Positions 51,288-60,326 of a DNA stretch of 64,000 nucleotides are shown here, one piece after another (position 1 is the first letter of the stretch; every line of letters starts with the position of its first letter). This DNA comes from Actinomycetes bacterium (lineage in GTDB: Bacteria; Actinomycetota; Thermoleophilia; BMS3ABIN01). The stretch lies in assembly GCA_021791195.1 (NCBI GenBank), contig JAJYXB010000022.1, forward strand, positions 80,245 through 144,244, in the 5' to 3' direction. The notes under the pieces are model-generated. The model searched no databases and had not been told where the DNA came from. It saw only the letters and a list, made by a program, of their open reading frames with translations. The position numbers were made by a program, and so were the translations under genes.

Positions 51288-52160
51288 TTGTCACCCCTTG
51301 CGGCGGTCATCTACTCGTTCCTGTTCGGACTGTTGCACGGGATTCTGCCTGACGAGCACACCTGGCCCATCACGTTTAGCTACGCCATTGGCGGTGCCAG
51401 CGGAAAGCAGGGCATGAAAGCCGGACTTTATTTCTCCGCCACGTTCACCGTCCAGCGCATGCTCATTTCAGAACTGGCGTACCTGGCGCTGGCGCCGTTC
51501 CTGCTCCGGTCGATAGTCAACGGAATTGTCTATGTGGCCGTCGGCATCGCAATGTCAGCCGCGGGTGCGCTGGTCCTGCGCCAGAATCTTTACCCCCATC
51601 TGCACATTCTCGGGCATCATCATGAAGCGGGCCACCAGATTGAAAAACTGAGCCACGTGCTCAAGAGGCGTCATGCAGAACCGGATGGACCGGTGACGAC
51701 ACCACCAGCACGGTGGACGGTCGTTCACGGCTTTATTGCCGGTTTCGGCTTTGGCGGGTTCTCGCTTTTTGTCAACACCGTTGCCGCCCCTGCCATGTCC
51801 AGCGCGTGGTTAGGATTTTTGCCCGGGCTGGTCTTTGGTATCGGAACGATGATCATGCTGGTGGTTGTCGGTGGCCTGTTTGGCGCCTCGTTGCGGTGGG
51901 CGCACGCGCTGACGGAGCCGGAGATCAAGCGGATCGGAGCGCAGACCGGAGGGAGGACCCTCTTCTTCGGCGGATTGCTTTTTGGGGTTTTCGGGGTCGC
52001 TTCGCTTCTGGGATTGGACCGGCTTTTGCCAGTTGACGCGGGATATGTGCTTATCGGGCTTTTCATGATCACCATTGCCATCCCGGCTTTTATTTACTCG
52101 CTGAAGGAAGTGCTGGCGGCGCGGAAACCATCGGCTGTAAATCGTGAGCAACCCCAATGA
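51288..52160 (+). CDS. membrane protein resembling NiCoT/UreH/RcnA-type metal transporters
   Basis: GLLHGILPDEH motif in TM1, His-rich loop, second-half HG motif; GGAGG SD and TTG start. Confidence 0.65.
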   Translation: MSPLAAVIYSFLFGLLHGILPDEHTWPITFSYAIGGASGKQGMKAGLYFSATFTVQRMLISELAYLALAPFLLRSIVNGIVYVAVGIAMSAAGALVLRQNLYPHLHILGHHHEAGHQIEKLSHVLKRRHAEPDGPVTTPPARWTVVHGFIAGFGFGGFSLFVNTVAAPAMSSAWLGFLPGLVFGIGTMIMLVVVGGLFGASLRWAHALTEPEIKRIGAQTGGRTLFFGGLLFGVFGVASLLGLDRLLPVDAGYVLIGLFMITIAIPAFIYSLKEVLAARKPSAVNREQPQ

Positions 52161-52442
52161 TCATTCCAGGTTTCCGGCGCCTTTCATCCCACCACACAGC
52201 GGCTGCTGCTGGCGCGCGCTCCGCGCTGCATCAGCCACCACGCGGTCGCTGCTCCAGGGTGCCTGTCTCGTGGGTTGCGGGCATGCCTTTTGCGACTGAG
52301 AATCGCCGCTGGAGAGCGCGACCGGTCAAGCCGGGCCTAACGGTGAATCGATTGACAAGAAAATTTTGGAAAGGTATGTTCACGCCTGGCGGCAGTATCA
52401 GTTTCCTGCATATATTGCGGGAATTTGGTGAATTATCTGAAT

Positions 52443-53285
52443 ATGGTCACCATGTCCTTTGAACTGGTTTTCCTCGTCTCCATCGTGGCGGGGCTGATTG
52501 GCGCGATGAGTGGGATGGGTGGCGGGATAGTCCTGATCCCCGCCCTCACCCTGTTGGGCCTTGACATCAAGCACGCTATCGCCATCAGCATCGTCTCAGT
52601 CGTCGCCACCTCTAGTGGCGCTGCCTCGGCGTATGTCCGCGACCGGATTATCAATCTCAAGCTCGGGATGTTTCTCGAGATGTTCACGATTATCGGCGCA
52701 CTTGCAGGTGCGACGATTACGGTCGTAGTCTCCGCGCAGGGCCCGCTCTTTATTGTTTTTGGACTCGTGCTGCTGGCGTCTCTGGTGACGCTTTTCTTGC
52801 GGCGGCACGAGGACTGGAAACCTGTCGCGCATCAGGATGCGTTTTCCGGCTGGCTGGAACTGGAAGGGAGCTACGACGATCAGGCCACGGGGCAGACCGT
52901 CTACTACCACGGGGCGCGCGCCTACTTTGGGGGGCCGCTGATGTTCGGCGCGGGACTGATCGCAGGACTTCTCGGTATCGGTGCGGGAGCGCTCAAGGTA
53001 TTGATCATCGATTTGGCGATGGGGCTGCCGCCCAAAGTATCCACCACGACGAGCAACCTGATTATCGGCATCACCGCGCTTGCCGGCACCAGCATTTATC
53101 TCGCGGCGGGCCTGATTGATCCGGGTCTTGCTGCCCCCGTGATCCTGGGCGTTGTCGCGGGCGCATTCATCGGCACGCGGCTTCTCGTCCGGCTCACCAA
53201 TGAGAAGGTGCGCCGTTTCTTCATGGTGGTGTTAGCGGTGCTGGGCATTGAGATGATTCTGCGCGGGGTCGGAGTCATACCATGA
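52443..53285 (+). CDS. TauE/SafE (TSUP) family sulfite exporter
   Basis: GMGGGIVLIP and GIGAG repeats; about 8 TM helices; start uncertain. Confidence 0.88.
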   Translation: MVTMSFELVFLVSIVAGLIGAMSGMGGGIVLIPALTLLGLDIKHAIAISIVSVVATSSGAASAYVRDRIINLKLGMFLEMFTIIGALAGATITVVVSAQGPLFIVFGLVLLASLVTLFLRRHEDWKPVAHQDAFSGWLELEGSYDDQATGQTVYYHGARAYFGGPLMFGAGLIAGLLGIGAGALKVLIIDLAMGLPPKVSTTTSNLIIGITALAGTSIYLAAGLIDPGLAAPVILGVVAGAFIGTRLLVRLTNEKVRRFFMVVLAVLGIEMILRGVGVIP

Positions 53286-53695
53286 CGGCGCCGAAGGGGG
53301 TGGCGGCGCATCAACCGTCCGGCGCGAAGACCGCCGGCTTTGGCATGGAAGTCCTGGTGGGGTACATTTTGCTTACCGGTGTGCTTCTTAGCGTGGCGCT
53401 GATCACGATTGGAGTCGCGTGGAGCTGGCTGGCAACGGGTCATCTCGGCCTTGAGTACTCGATCGCAGGGATGACACTGTTCAGGTTCGTGCTCGCGGAC
53501 CTCCGGCAGATTTTCTCCGGTGCTTTTCGCCCGCGTCTCTTCGTCGATATGGGAATTGCGGCGCTGATGCTGACGCCCTACGTCCGCGTCTTTGCCTCGA
53601 TGTTCTACTTTGCCATTGTGGAGCGCAATTTCAAGTACACCGTTTTCACGGGTTTTGTTTTCACCGTCCTGACTTACAGCCTCTTCCTCCGGTAA
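53282..53695 (+). CDS. DUF1634 domain membrane protein
   Basis: LTPYVRV motif; coupled to TauE as is typical. Confidence 0.8.
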   Translation: MTAPKGVAAHQPSGAKTAGFGMEVLVGYILLTGVLLSVALITIGVAWSWLATGHLGLEYSIAGMTLFRFVLADLRQIFSGAFRPRLFVDMGIAALMLTPYVRVFASMFYFAIVERNFKYTVFTGFVFTVLTYSLFLR

Positions 53696-53823
53696 ACAGC
53701 CGGCGCCGGTACGGGACGGTCACACTTTGAAATCACAAAGACCCCGACCCGGAAAACCGGGACGGGGCCGTGATGCTTTCGGTGGAAGGCGGCTGCGGGC
53801 TGATCTCCGTTCATTCAGGCGTG

Positions 53824-54318
53824 CTAGGCACCGCCGCCAACGCTCTGGCCGCCACCGCTGCCGCCCTGTCCGCCGCCGCGGCGGCCGCCGGGGAAGAAGG
53901 ACGAGCCGGCCGGCGTGACCTCGATGTCCTGGGCGGCGATGCTGCCATCCGGATTACTTGTGCCGGTGGCCAGTACCTGGTCGCCCGTCTTAAGATCACT
54001 GACGCTGCCCCTGTCCATCTTGCCCACCTGCGTCGAGCCGGAGTAGTAGATGGTCTTCGAGCCGCCGCCGCGCATCTTGACGGTGATGCTCTGGTTGTCC
54101 ATCGAGAGGATGGTGCCGGACGTGAAGCCGCCGTTCTGGCCGTTCCGGCCGGCGCCGCCGCGGAAATTGCCGCGGCCGGCGGATTGCGCCGGGCCCCTGG
54201 TGCCGGGAGCCCTGCTCTCGCCGTACTTCATGCCGGCGAAGAACATGCCGGCGCCGACCGCCAGGATGGCGACGATGCCGATACCGATGATGCTCTTTCC
54301 GTTTTTTTCAGTGGCCAC
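53824..54318 (-). CDS. membrane-anchored Gly-rich protein (DUF5666-like) in the ABC exporter operon
   Basis: N-terminal TM (FFAGMKYG); SDLKTGDQV..G..DGSIAA; AAAAGGAG SD. Confidence 0.7.
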   Translation of the reverse strand: MATEKNGKSIIGIGIVAILAVGAGMFFAGMKYGESRAPGTRGPAQSAGRGNFRGGAGRNGQNGGFTSGTILSMDNQSITVKMRGGGSKTIYYSGSTQVGKMDRGSVSDLKTGDQVLATGTSNPDGSIAAQDIEVTPAGSSFFPGGRRGGGQGGSGGGQSVGGGA

Positions 54319-54336
54319 GATCTTCTCCTTTTCAGT

Positions 54337-55554
54337 TTATTCGTATCTGAGCGCCACGATGGGACTCAGGTTTGCCGCCCGCCGGGCGGGATAATAACCG
54401 AAGACTATGCCGATGAGCGCCGACACCCCGAAAACGAGGATGACGGACGAATAGGAAAAACTGGTTGGCATGTTCGCCAGATGTGATATCGCCAGCGAGG
54501 CTGCAAAGCCGAGCACGATGCCGATCGCGCCTCCCAGGAAGGTCAGCATCACCGATTCCGACAGGAATTGCATGCTGATGTCGCCCTTTTTGGCGCCGAC
54601 CGATTTGCGCAGGCCGATCTCACGCGTGCGCTCGGTGACGGTGGTGAGCATCATGTTCATGATGCCGATGCCGCCCACCAGCAGGGAGATGCCGGCGATC
54701 GACGCCAGCAGCAGTGTCAGCGTCTGCGTGACGCTGGAAGCCGTGCTGATGATGTCCTGCTGATTCATGACGCTGAAATCGGCCATCGCCGGGTTGCTGA
54801 TTCTGTGCCGCTGCAGCAGCAGGTCGGCAAGCTGCTGCTGCACGCCCGGCATGGCATCCTGGCTGGCAGCGGAAACGCTGATGCTGCTTACATAAGAGCC
54901 GCCCACCAGATAATGCTGCATCGTCCCCAGAGGGATATAGATGGCGTCATCCGGGTTGTTGAAGCCGGAGCCGCCTTTCGAAGCTGTCACGCCGATGACC
55001 TTGAACATCGAGCTGCCGATGCGGATCTCCTGGCCGACGGCGTCGGCGCCGGTGCCGAACAGGTCGTCGCGCGCGCTGGGCCCGAGCACCGCAACTTTGG
55101 AAGAGCTCCTGTCCTCGCTGCCGGTGATGAAGCTGCCGCTGTCCATGGCCTCGTTGCGAACGTCCGTGTATGCGGGCACGGTGCCAATAATCTGCGTGTT
55201 GGTGTTATTGCCCTTCGCGGCCACCTGCTTGCGGCTGTCGAGCTCGGGCGCCACCTTGACATTGGATATCTGGCTGGAAATGGCATCCGCATCCGCCTGG
55301 GTCAGCGTATGGGCACTGCCGCGCCCGGCGCTGATGGAGCCCGGTGAGCGCTGGGCGCCGGGCATGACGATGATAAGGTTGGAGCCGATCGCTGTGATCC
55401 GGTCCTTGATCGAGGCCTGGGCGCCCTGGCCCACCGAGATCATGGCGATCACGGAGCCGATGCCGACGACGATGCCGAGCATGGTCAGCCCCGAACGCAC
55501 CTTGTTGCTGGAGAGGAACCAGAAAGTCTGTTCGAGCATGTCGCGGAAGCTCAC
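54337..55554 (-). CDS. MacB/FtsX-family ABC permease
   Basis: RSGLTMLGI, GGIGIMNMML..ERTREIG, YPARRAA. Confidence 0.93.
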   Translation of the reverse strand: MSFRDMLEQTFWFLSSNKVRSGLTMLGIVVGIGSVIAMISVGQGAQASIKDRITAIGSNLIIVMPGAQRSPGSISAGRGSAHTLTQADADAISSQISNVKVAPELDSRKQVAAKGNNTNTQIIGTVPAYTDVRNEAMDSGSFITGSEDRSSSKVAVLGPSARDDLFGTGADAVGQEIRIGSSMFKVIGVTASKGGSGFNNPDDAIYIPLGTMQHYLVGGSYVSSISVSAASQDAMPGVQQQLADLLLQRHRISNPAMADFSVMNQQDIISTASSVTQTLTLLLASIAGISLLVGGIGIMNMMLTTVTERTREIGLRKSVGAKKGDISMQFLSESVMLTFLGGAIGIVLGFAASLAISHLANMPTSFSYSSVILVFGVSALIGIVFGYYPARRAANLSPIVALRYE

Positions 55555-56303
55555 GCGCTCACCGTCCCGGCCGCCGGCGGCGCGAAACCGCCGCCGGGGA
55601 TCACCTCTGTCTGCGCGCCGCTGTTGCCATTCAAGCGGTCGGCGACGATACTCCCGTCACGGATGGTGATCACCCGCTGGGCGTATGCGGCGATCTCCGC
55701 CTCATGGGTGATCAGCACGATCGTGCGCCCTTCGCTGTGGAGCTGCTGGAATGTCTGCATGACGATTTTTTCCGTTTTACTGTCGAGGTTGCCGGTCGGC
55801 TCGTCGGCGAGGATCATAGCCGGATTGGTCACCAGCGCCCTGGCGATGGCGACGCGCTGCTGCTGGCCGCCCGAAAGCTGGTTGGAGCGCTTGTAGAAAC
55901 TGTCCTCTTCCAGGCCGGTCCTCAGCAGCGCCTGCTTCGCAAGCTCTTCGCGCTCGGTGGTCGGCACTTTCGCATAAAGCAGCGGCAGGCAGACGTTGCG
56001 GATGACGTTTGCCCGCGGCAGCAGGTTGAAGGCCTGAAAGACGAAGCCGATCTTGCGGTTGCGCAGCTCTGCCAGCTCGTCATCGCCAAAATCGGAGACG
56101 TCCTGCCCGTCCAGCAGGAACTGGCCACTGGTGGGTATGTCCAGCGCTCCCAGGATATGCATCAGGGTGGATTTTCCGGAGCCGGAAGGCCCGATGATGG
56201 CGACGAACTCGCCCGCGTCGATACGGAAAGAAACGCCTCCCAGCGCCACCGTTTCCGTATCGCCGTTCACGTATTTCTTGGTGATATCAATGCACTCGAT
56301 CAA
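55551..56303 (-). CDS. ABC transporter ATP-binding protein (MacB/LolD type)
   Basis: GPSGSGKST, LSGGQQQR, ADEPTGNLD. Confidence 0.95.
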   Translation of the reverse strand: MIECIDITKKYVNGDTETVALGGVSFRIDAGEFVAIIGPSGSGKSTLMHILGALDIPTSGQFLLDGQDVSDFGDDELAELRNRKIGFVFQAFNLLPRANVIRNVCLPLLYAKVPTTEREELAKQALLRTGLEEDSFYKRSNQLSGGQQQRVAIARALVTNPAMILADEPTGNLDSKTEKIVMQTFQQLHSEGRTIVLITHEAEIAAYAQRVITIRDGSIVADRLNGNSGAQTEVIPGGGFAPPAAGTVSA

Positions 56304-56353
56304 GGCAATACCACGCGATCGCTAATGACTGTCGGTGACAGGAGCGAGGCCTG

Positions 56354-57856
56354 CTAGCCGCCGCGGCTGATCATGCCGCGGCCGCCTAAGCCTCCGCCGC
56401 CCCCGCCGCGTAAGGCGCCGCCGCCCAGGTTGAAACCGCCGCCGCCCGAAGACGAGCTGCTGGAGCTGCTGGCGTTGGGATTGATCGTCTGGACCACGAT
56501 CGTGTCGCCGGCGTTGAGTCCGCTGGTGATCTCCGTGTCAGTGTCATTGGCGATGCCGATGTTGACCGGCTGCTGCACGGGGCTGCCGTTTTTCATGACC
56601 TGGACATAATGGCTGCTGCCCTGCGACTTCAGCGCCGAGTTGGGTACGGTGATAACGTCCTGATGGACGGCAGTGGTGATGTCGGCGGTCACGCTCATGC
56701 CCGGCTTGATCCTGGGATCCGAAGTGTCGAAGCCTACGGTGACGCTGTAGTTGACCACGCCGGAGCTGACGGTGCCGGATGCGTCGATCTGCTCCACCTT
56801 GCCGGTGAGCGAGAGGCCGTCGATTGCGTCGAAGCTCAGCGACGCCTTCTGGCCCACGGCGATCCTGGTGACGTCCACTTCACTGACCTGGACTGTGGCA
56901 TCCTCGGAGTTGAGGTCGTCGATGACCATCGCGGCAGACGATGAGCCGGATCCACTGGAGCTGCCGGCTGATTCCCCGGATGCACCGCCGCCGGCCGAAG
57001 AACCGGACGAACCTGATGAGCCGGATGAATCAGATGTGGCTGAACCGCCGTTGGAGGAGCCGCCATTCTGCACGTTGATGGCAGTGATGGTGCCATCGAT
57101 CGGCGCCGTCACTGTGCGCTCATCCGCGGTCTGCTTCTGGTTGTTGTAACTGGCCTGGGCTGCCGCCACGTTCTGCTCGGCGGCGCTGACGCCTGATTCA
57201 GCGGCGCCCAGTTTCGAACCGAGCGCAGAGGCGCTTTCGCCACTCGCCTGGTTCTGCTGCTCGGCCTTGGTCAGACTGGACTGTGCCTGGGCCAGCTGTG
57301 CCTGGGCGCTGGAAAGCTTCTGGGAATTATCTGCCGACGGGTTTGAATTGTAATCGGACTGGGCGATGTTGACGCCGGTGATCGCCGCGTTGACCTGAGC
57401 CTGCAGTGCCGCGATATTGGCCGAGGCGGGAGCACCGTTCTGGCCGACGGCGTTGTCATAATCGGACTGCGCCTGCCGCGCCGAGGCCTCGGCATTGCTC
57501 AGGGACGACCGCGCCTGCTCGAGCGAGGCGTACGACTGGCTTACGTTGACATCAAGTGAATTGTTGATGATATCGAAGAGGTGCTCGCCCTTGGTGACGT
57601 GGTCGCCGACCTTGACGGTGATGTTGGTCACGGTGCCGGAGACCCGGGAGGTGACTTTGGCGCTGGAGTTGATGCTGACGTTGCCGCTTGCCGAGACAGT
57701 CGAGGCGATCATGCCCTTCTTCACCTGAGCGGTCACGTAGTGGACCTGGTCGCTGCTGCCGCGCGCCTCGGAGTAGACGAAGTAGCCGCCCAGCAGTACG
57801 ACGACGGCTGCACCGATCACATACGGTTTCTTGCGCAGGAGCTTAGATATCTTCAA
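56354..57856 (-). CDS. membrane-fusion / efflux adaptor protein (MacA-like)
   Basis: Lipoyl halves (VKVGDHV, APIDG), coiled coil, IKPGMS, EITSGL; TTG start approximate. Confidence 0.88.
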   Translation of the reverse strand: MKISKLLRKKPYVIGAAVVVLLGGYFVYSEARGSSDQVHYVTAQVKKGMIASTVSASGNVSINSSAKVTSRVSGTVTNITVKVGDHVTKGEHLFDIINNSLDVNVSQSYASLEQARSSLSNAEASARQAQSDYDNAVGQNGAPASANIAALQAQVNAAITGVNIAQSDYNSNPSADNSQKLSSAQAQLAQAQSSLTKAEQQNQASGESASALGSKLGAAESGVSAAEQNVAAAQASYNNQKQTADERTVTAPIDGTITAINVQNGGSSNGGSATSDSSGSSGSSGSSAGGGASGESAGSSSGSGSSSAAMVIDDLNSEDATVQVSEVDVTRIAVGQKASLSFDAIDGLSLTGKVEQIDASGTVSSGVVNYSVTVGFDTSDPRIKPGMSVTADITTAVHQDVITVPNSALKSQGSSHYVQVMKNGSPVQQPVNIGIANDTDTEITSGLNAGDTIVVQTINPNASSSSSSSSGGGGFNLGGGALRGGGGGGLGGRGMISRGG

Positions 57857-57903
57857 CTTGAGTAAATGACGGATTTAACATCGAAACAACCGTAACAGCC
57901 CTT

Positions 57904-57942
57904 TGTAAGCTGTTTGTTAGACAAATGTAAAGAATTTGACAA
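57904..57942. promoter_or_regulatory. tandem TGT(A/T)A direct repeats, 11-bp period (OmpR/PhoB-family box)
   Basis: TGTAAG 57904, TGTTAG 57915, TGTAAA 57926, TGACAA 57937. Confidence 0.5.
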
Positions 57943-57971
57943 ACTTGCAGGGGTGTTTTAGAGCGGGATTG

Positions 57972-58820
57972 TCAGCTGGCGCCGGTGACGTCGCGCCGCC
58001 TGACGATGGCTGCCGCCACGGCCAAAAATACCACGATCTCGATCGCCAGCACGATGGCTGCCTGGGTGGCGGACACCGTCGAGCCGGAGAACCCTCCCGG
58101 ACCCTCTCCGGTGAAGGTTACGCCCAGCGGCGACAGCAGCGAGTAACTGTTTGTGCGCAAAAAAATCTTGGATAAATAACCCAGAAGCGTGATCTGCCGG
58201 CTAAAGGCGGAGATCACACCCTCCAGCACCAGGCCGTAGATGATGCCAAGGCCGATCGCCAGCGATGTTCCCTTCGACAGCACCGAGATCATGACGCCGA
58301 ATGATGCCCACACGGCGAGGATAAACCAGGAAAAAGCCAGCGCCCTGACCAGCAGCCACAGGTCGGGCGGCTGCGTCGACTGTCCTTCCTTCAGCGCGAT
58401 CAGCATGCTGGCGATGTAGCCGAGCAGATAAACCATGACCACGAATGGCACTATCGCGATTGCCAGCGCCAGGACCTTGGAGAAGAACACCTTCAGGCGG
58501 CTGGCCTTCTGCGTGAACGCCGGCGTCAGCGTTCCCCAGGTGTATTCGCTGCCCATCGCCAGCACCGCCAGGATCAATACGAAGATGCCGCCGAAAGCGG
58601 GGAAGCCGCCCAGCAGGCTGGAAACCAGGTTGTGTGGCAGCATCACGCTCAGCAGCACGCCGCCGGTCCGCGCGCGGAAGCGGATGTCGCCCTTGTAAGC
58701 AAAGTAGGGGAGGACGTAGGCGAATACCACCGTCACCAGCATCCAGAAGCAAAGCAGGATCCAGGTGGCGGCGCGCTTGCGCAAAAGCAGCAGCTGTGCG
58801 GCGAGGGCGTCGAGCATCAC
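57972..58820 (-). CDS. ABC-2 type permease
   Basis: About 6 TM helices; GSEYTWGT; C-terminal RRRDV. Confidence 0.88.
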   Translation of the reverse strand: MMLDALAAQLLLLRKRAATWILLCFWMLVTVVFAYVLPYFAYKGDIRFRARTGGVLLSVMLPHNLVSSLLGGFPAFGGIFVLILAVLAMGSEYTWGTLTPAFTQKASRLKVFFSKVLALAIAIVPFVVMVYLLGYIASMLIALKEGQSTQPPDLWLLVRALAFSWFILAVWASFGVMISVLSKGTSLAIGLGIIYGLVLEGVISAFSRQITLLGYLSKIFLRTNSYSLLSPLGVTFTGEGPGGFSGSTVSATQAAIVLAIEIVVFLAVAAAIVRRRDVTGAS

Positions 58821-59749
58821 GCCTCCTCCCCGGTCAGATTCAAAAAGACGTTCTCCAGGGAAAGCTTCACCGGACCCAGTTCGCTGACGGCCACGCCGGC
58901 TTCGACCAGGATCCGGTTGATCTCGGCGGCGCGCGCCGGACTGGCATCGATCACCAGGTAGCCGTTCACGGGTTCCGCGCCGGCTACGCCTTCGATCTTT
59001 TCCAGCACCTCGCGCGCTCTGGCCTCCGGCTCGGCTTTGAGCCGCAGCTGAGCGCCGTGGCGGAGGTCATCAAGCGACCCCTCCGCGATCAGGCTGCCAT
59101 TCTTGACGACCCCCACGCGATCGCAGATCTGCTCCAGCTCGCCCATCAGATGGCTGGAGAGCATCACTGTGCGCTCGCCCCGGCCGAGGCTGCGGATCAG
59201 CCGCCGCATCTCTGCCATGCCGGCCGGGTCCAGCCCGTTGGTCGGTTCGTCCAGGATCAGCAGCTCAGGGTCCTTCAGCAGCGCCGCCGCCATCCCCAGA
59301 CGCTGTTTCATTCCCAGCGAATAGCTCTTGAACTTGTGCCCTGCCCGTTTCAGCAGTTCGACTTCCTCCAGGGCGGGATCGATGCGGGAGTAGGGCGTGT
59401 CTGACAGCCGGGCCAGCACGCGCAGGTTGTCCCGCCCGCTCAGATAGGGATAAAAGGCAGGGGTTTCCACCAGCGTCCCCATGCGGGCCAGGGCGGCCGG
59501 TGTGCCCGGCTTCTCGCCCAGGACCGTGCACTCGCCGGCGGAGGGCCGGACAAGTCCCAGCAGCATCCTGAGCGTCGTCGTCTTGCCTGCCCCGTTGGGG
59601 CCGACAAAGCCGTAAACCTCGCCCCGCCGGATTCTCATCGCGAGGCCGTTGACCGCCAGGATGTCGGGCCGGTAGCGTTTGGTCAGGTTTTTTGTCTCGA
59701 CGATGAAGTTGTCCATCGGCTGTTTCATATCATTAATGTCACCATTCAT
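58817..59749 (-). CDS. ABC transporter ATP-binding protein (BcrA/LanF-like)
   Basis: GPNGAGKTT, YSLGMKQRL, LDEPTNGLD; start uncertain. Confidence 0.93.
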   Translation of the reverse strand: MNGDINDMKQPMDNFIVETKNLTKRYRPDILAVNGLAMRIRRGEVYGFVGPNGAGKTTTLRMLLGLVRPSAGECTVLGEKPGTPAALARMGTLVETPAFYPYLSGRDNLRVLARLSDTPYSRIDPALEEVELLKRAGHKFKSYSLGMKQRLGMAAALLKDPELLILDEPTNGLDPAGMAEMRRLIRSLGRGERTVMLSSHLMGELEQICDRVGVVKNGSLIAEGSLDDLRHGAQLRLKAEPEARAREVLEKIEGVAGAEPVNGYLVIDASPARAAEINRILVEAGVAVSELGPVKLSLENVFLNLTGEEA

Positions 59750-59972
59750 TCGTGGCGCAAACCGCAGTATAAAGAGGGGATGTAAATAAAATGTAAAAGC
59801 GTCGTGCGCGCGTCAATCTTCAAAGAGAAACTTCTGCCATGGTAATTGTCGGCGGTTCTTGTCATCGAAGCCCTTTCCGGGGCGATAAACTGCGATTTGA
59901 AGAAGGGTTTCCCGCCGCCGGTCTTTATAAACCGGATGGCATAAAAAGATAAGTTTTGCAGCAATAATAGCC

Positions 59973-60001
59973 TTGCATCTCAACCATGAAGATGCTAAAG
60001 T
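59973..60001 (+). promoter_or_regulatory. sigma70-type promoter for the GH25 gene
   Basis: TTGCAT-N17-TAAAGT with extended TG. Confidence 0.5.
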
Positions 60002-60326
60002 CCTATTTGGCCCGCACGAAAAAAATGACCGCGTCGTCTGAGGCGTCCGGTCTCCTCAGGGCGGGCTTTCCCATGCGGAACAATACAACTTCATAACTGG
60101 CGCATACCTTCGCGCCCACCGTGAGCCTGAAAGACATAAAGGCGCGGCGCAACTTAAAAAAGCAATTCCGGGAAGGACCTTTCAGGAACCTGAAAGACGC
60201 ACAGCTACGCAAGTTAATGCGGGAATATCCCGCGCCTAGCGGATTCCCGCCGGAACAAACTCCATTTGCTTGTTTCCCCTGTATATATCCCTGGGTTAAT
60301 TCTGCCTCGAACAAGGAGCTGATTTT

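Noticed and set aside
52157..52462. 101-aa ORF between the metal-transporter-like gene and tauE
   Set aside because: No motifs and atypical composition; more likely intergenic or a remnant.
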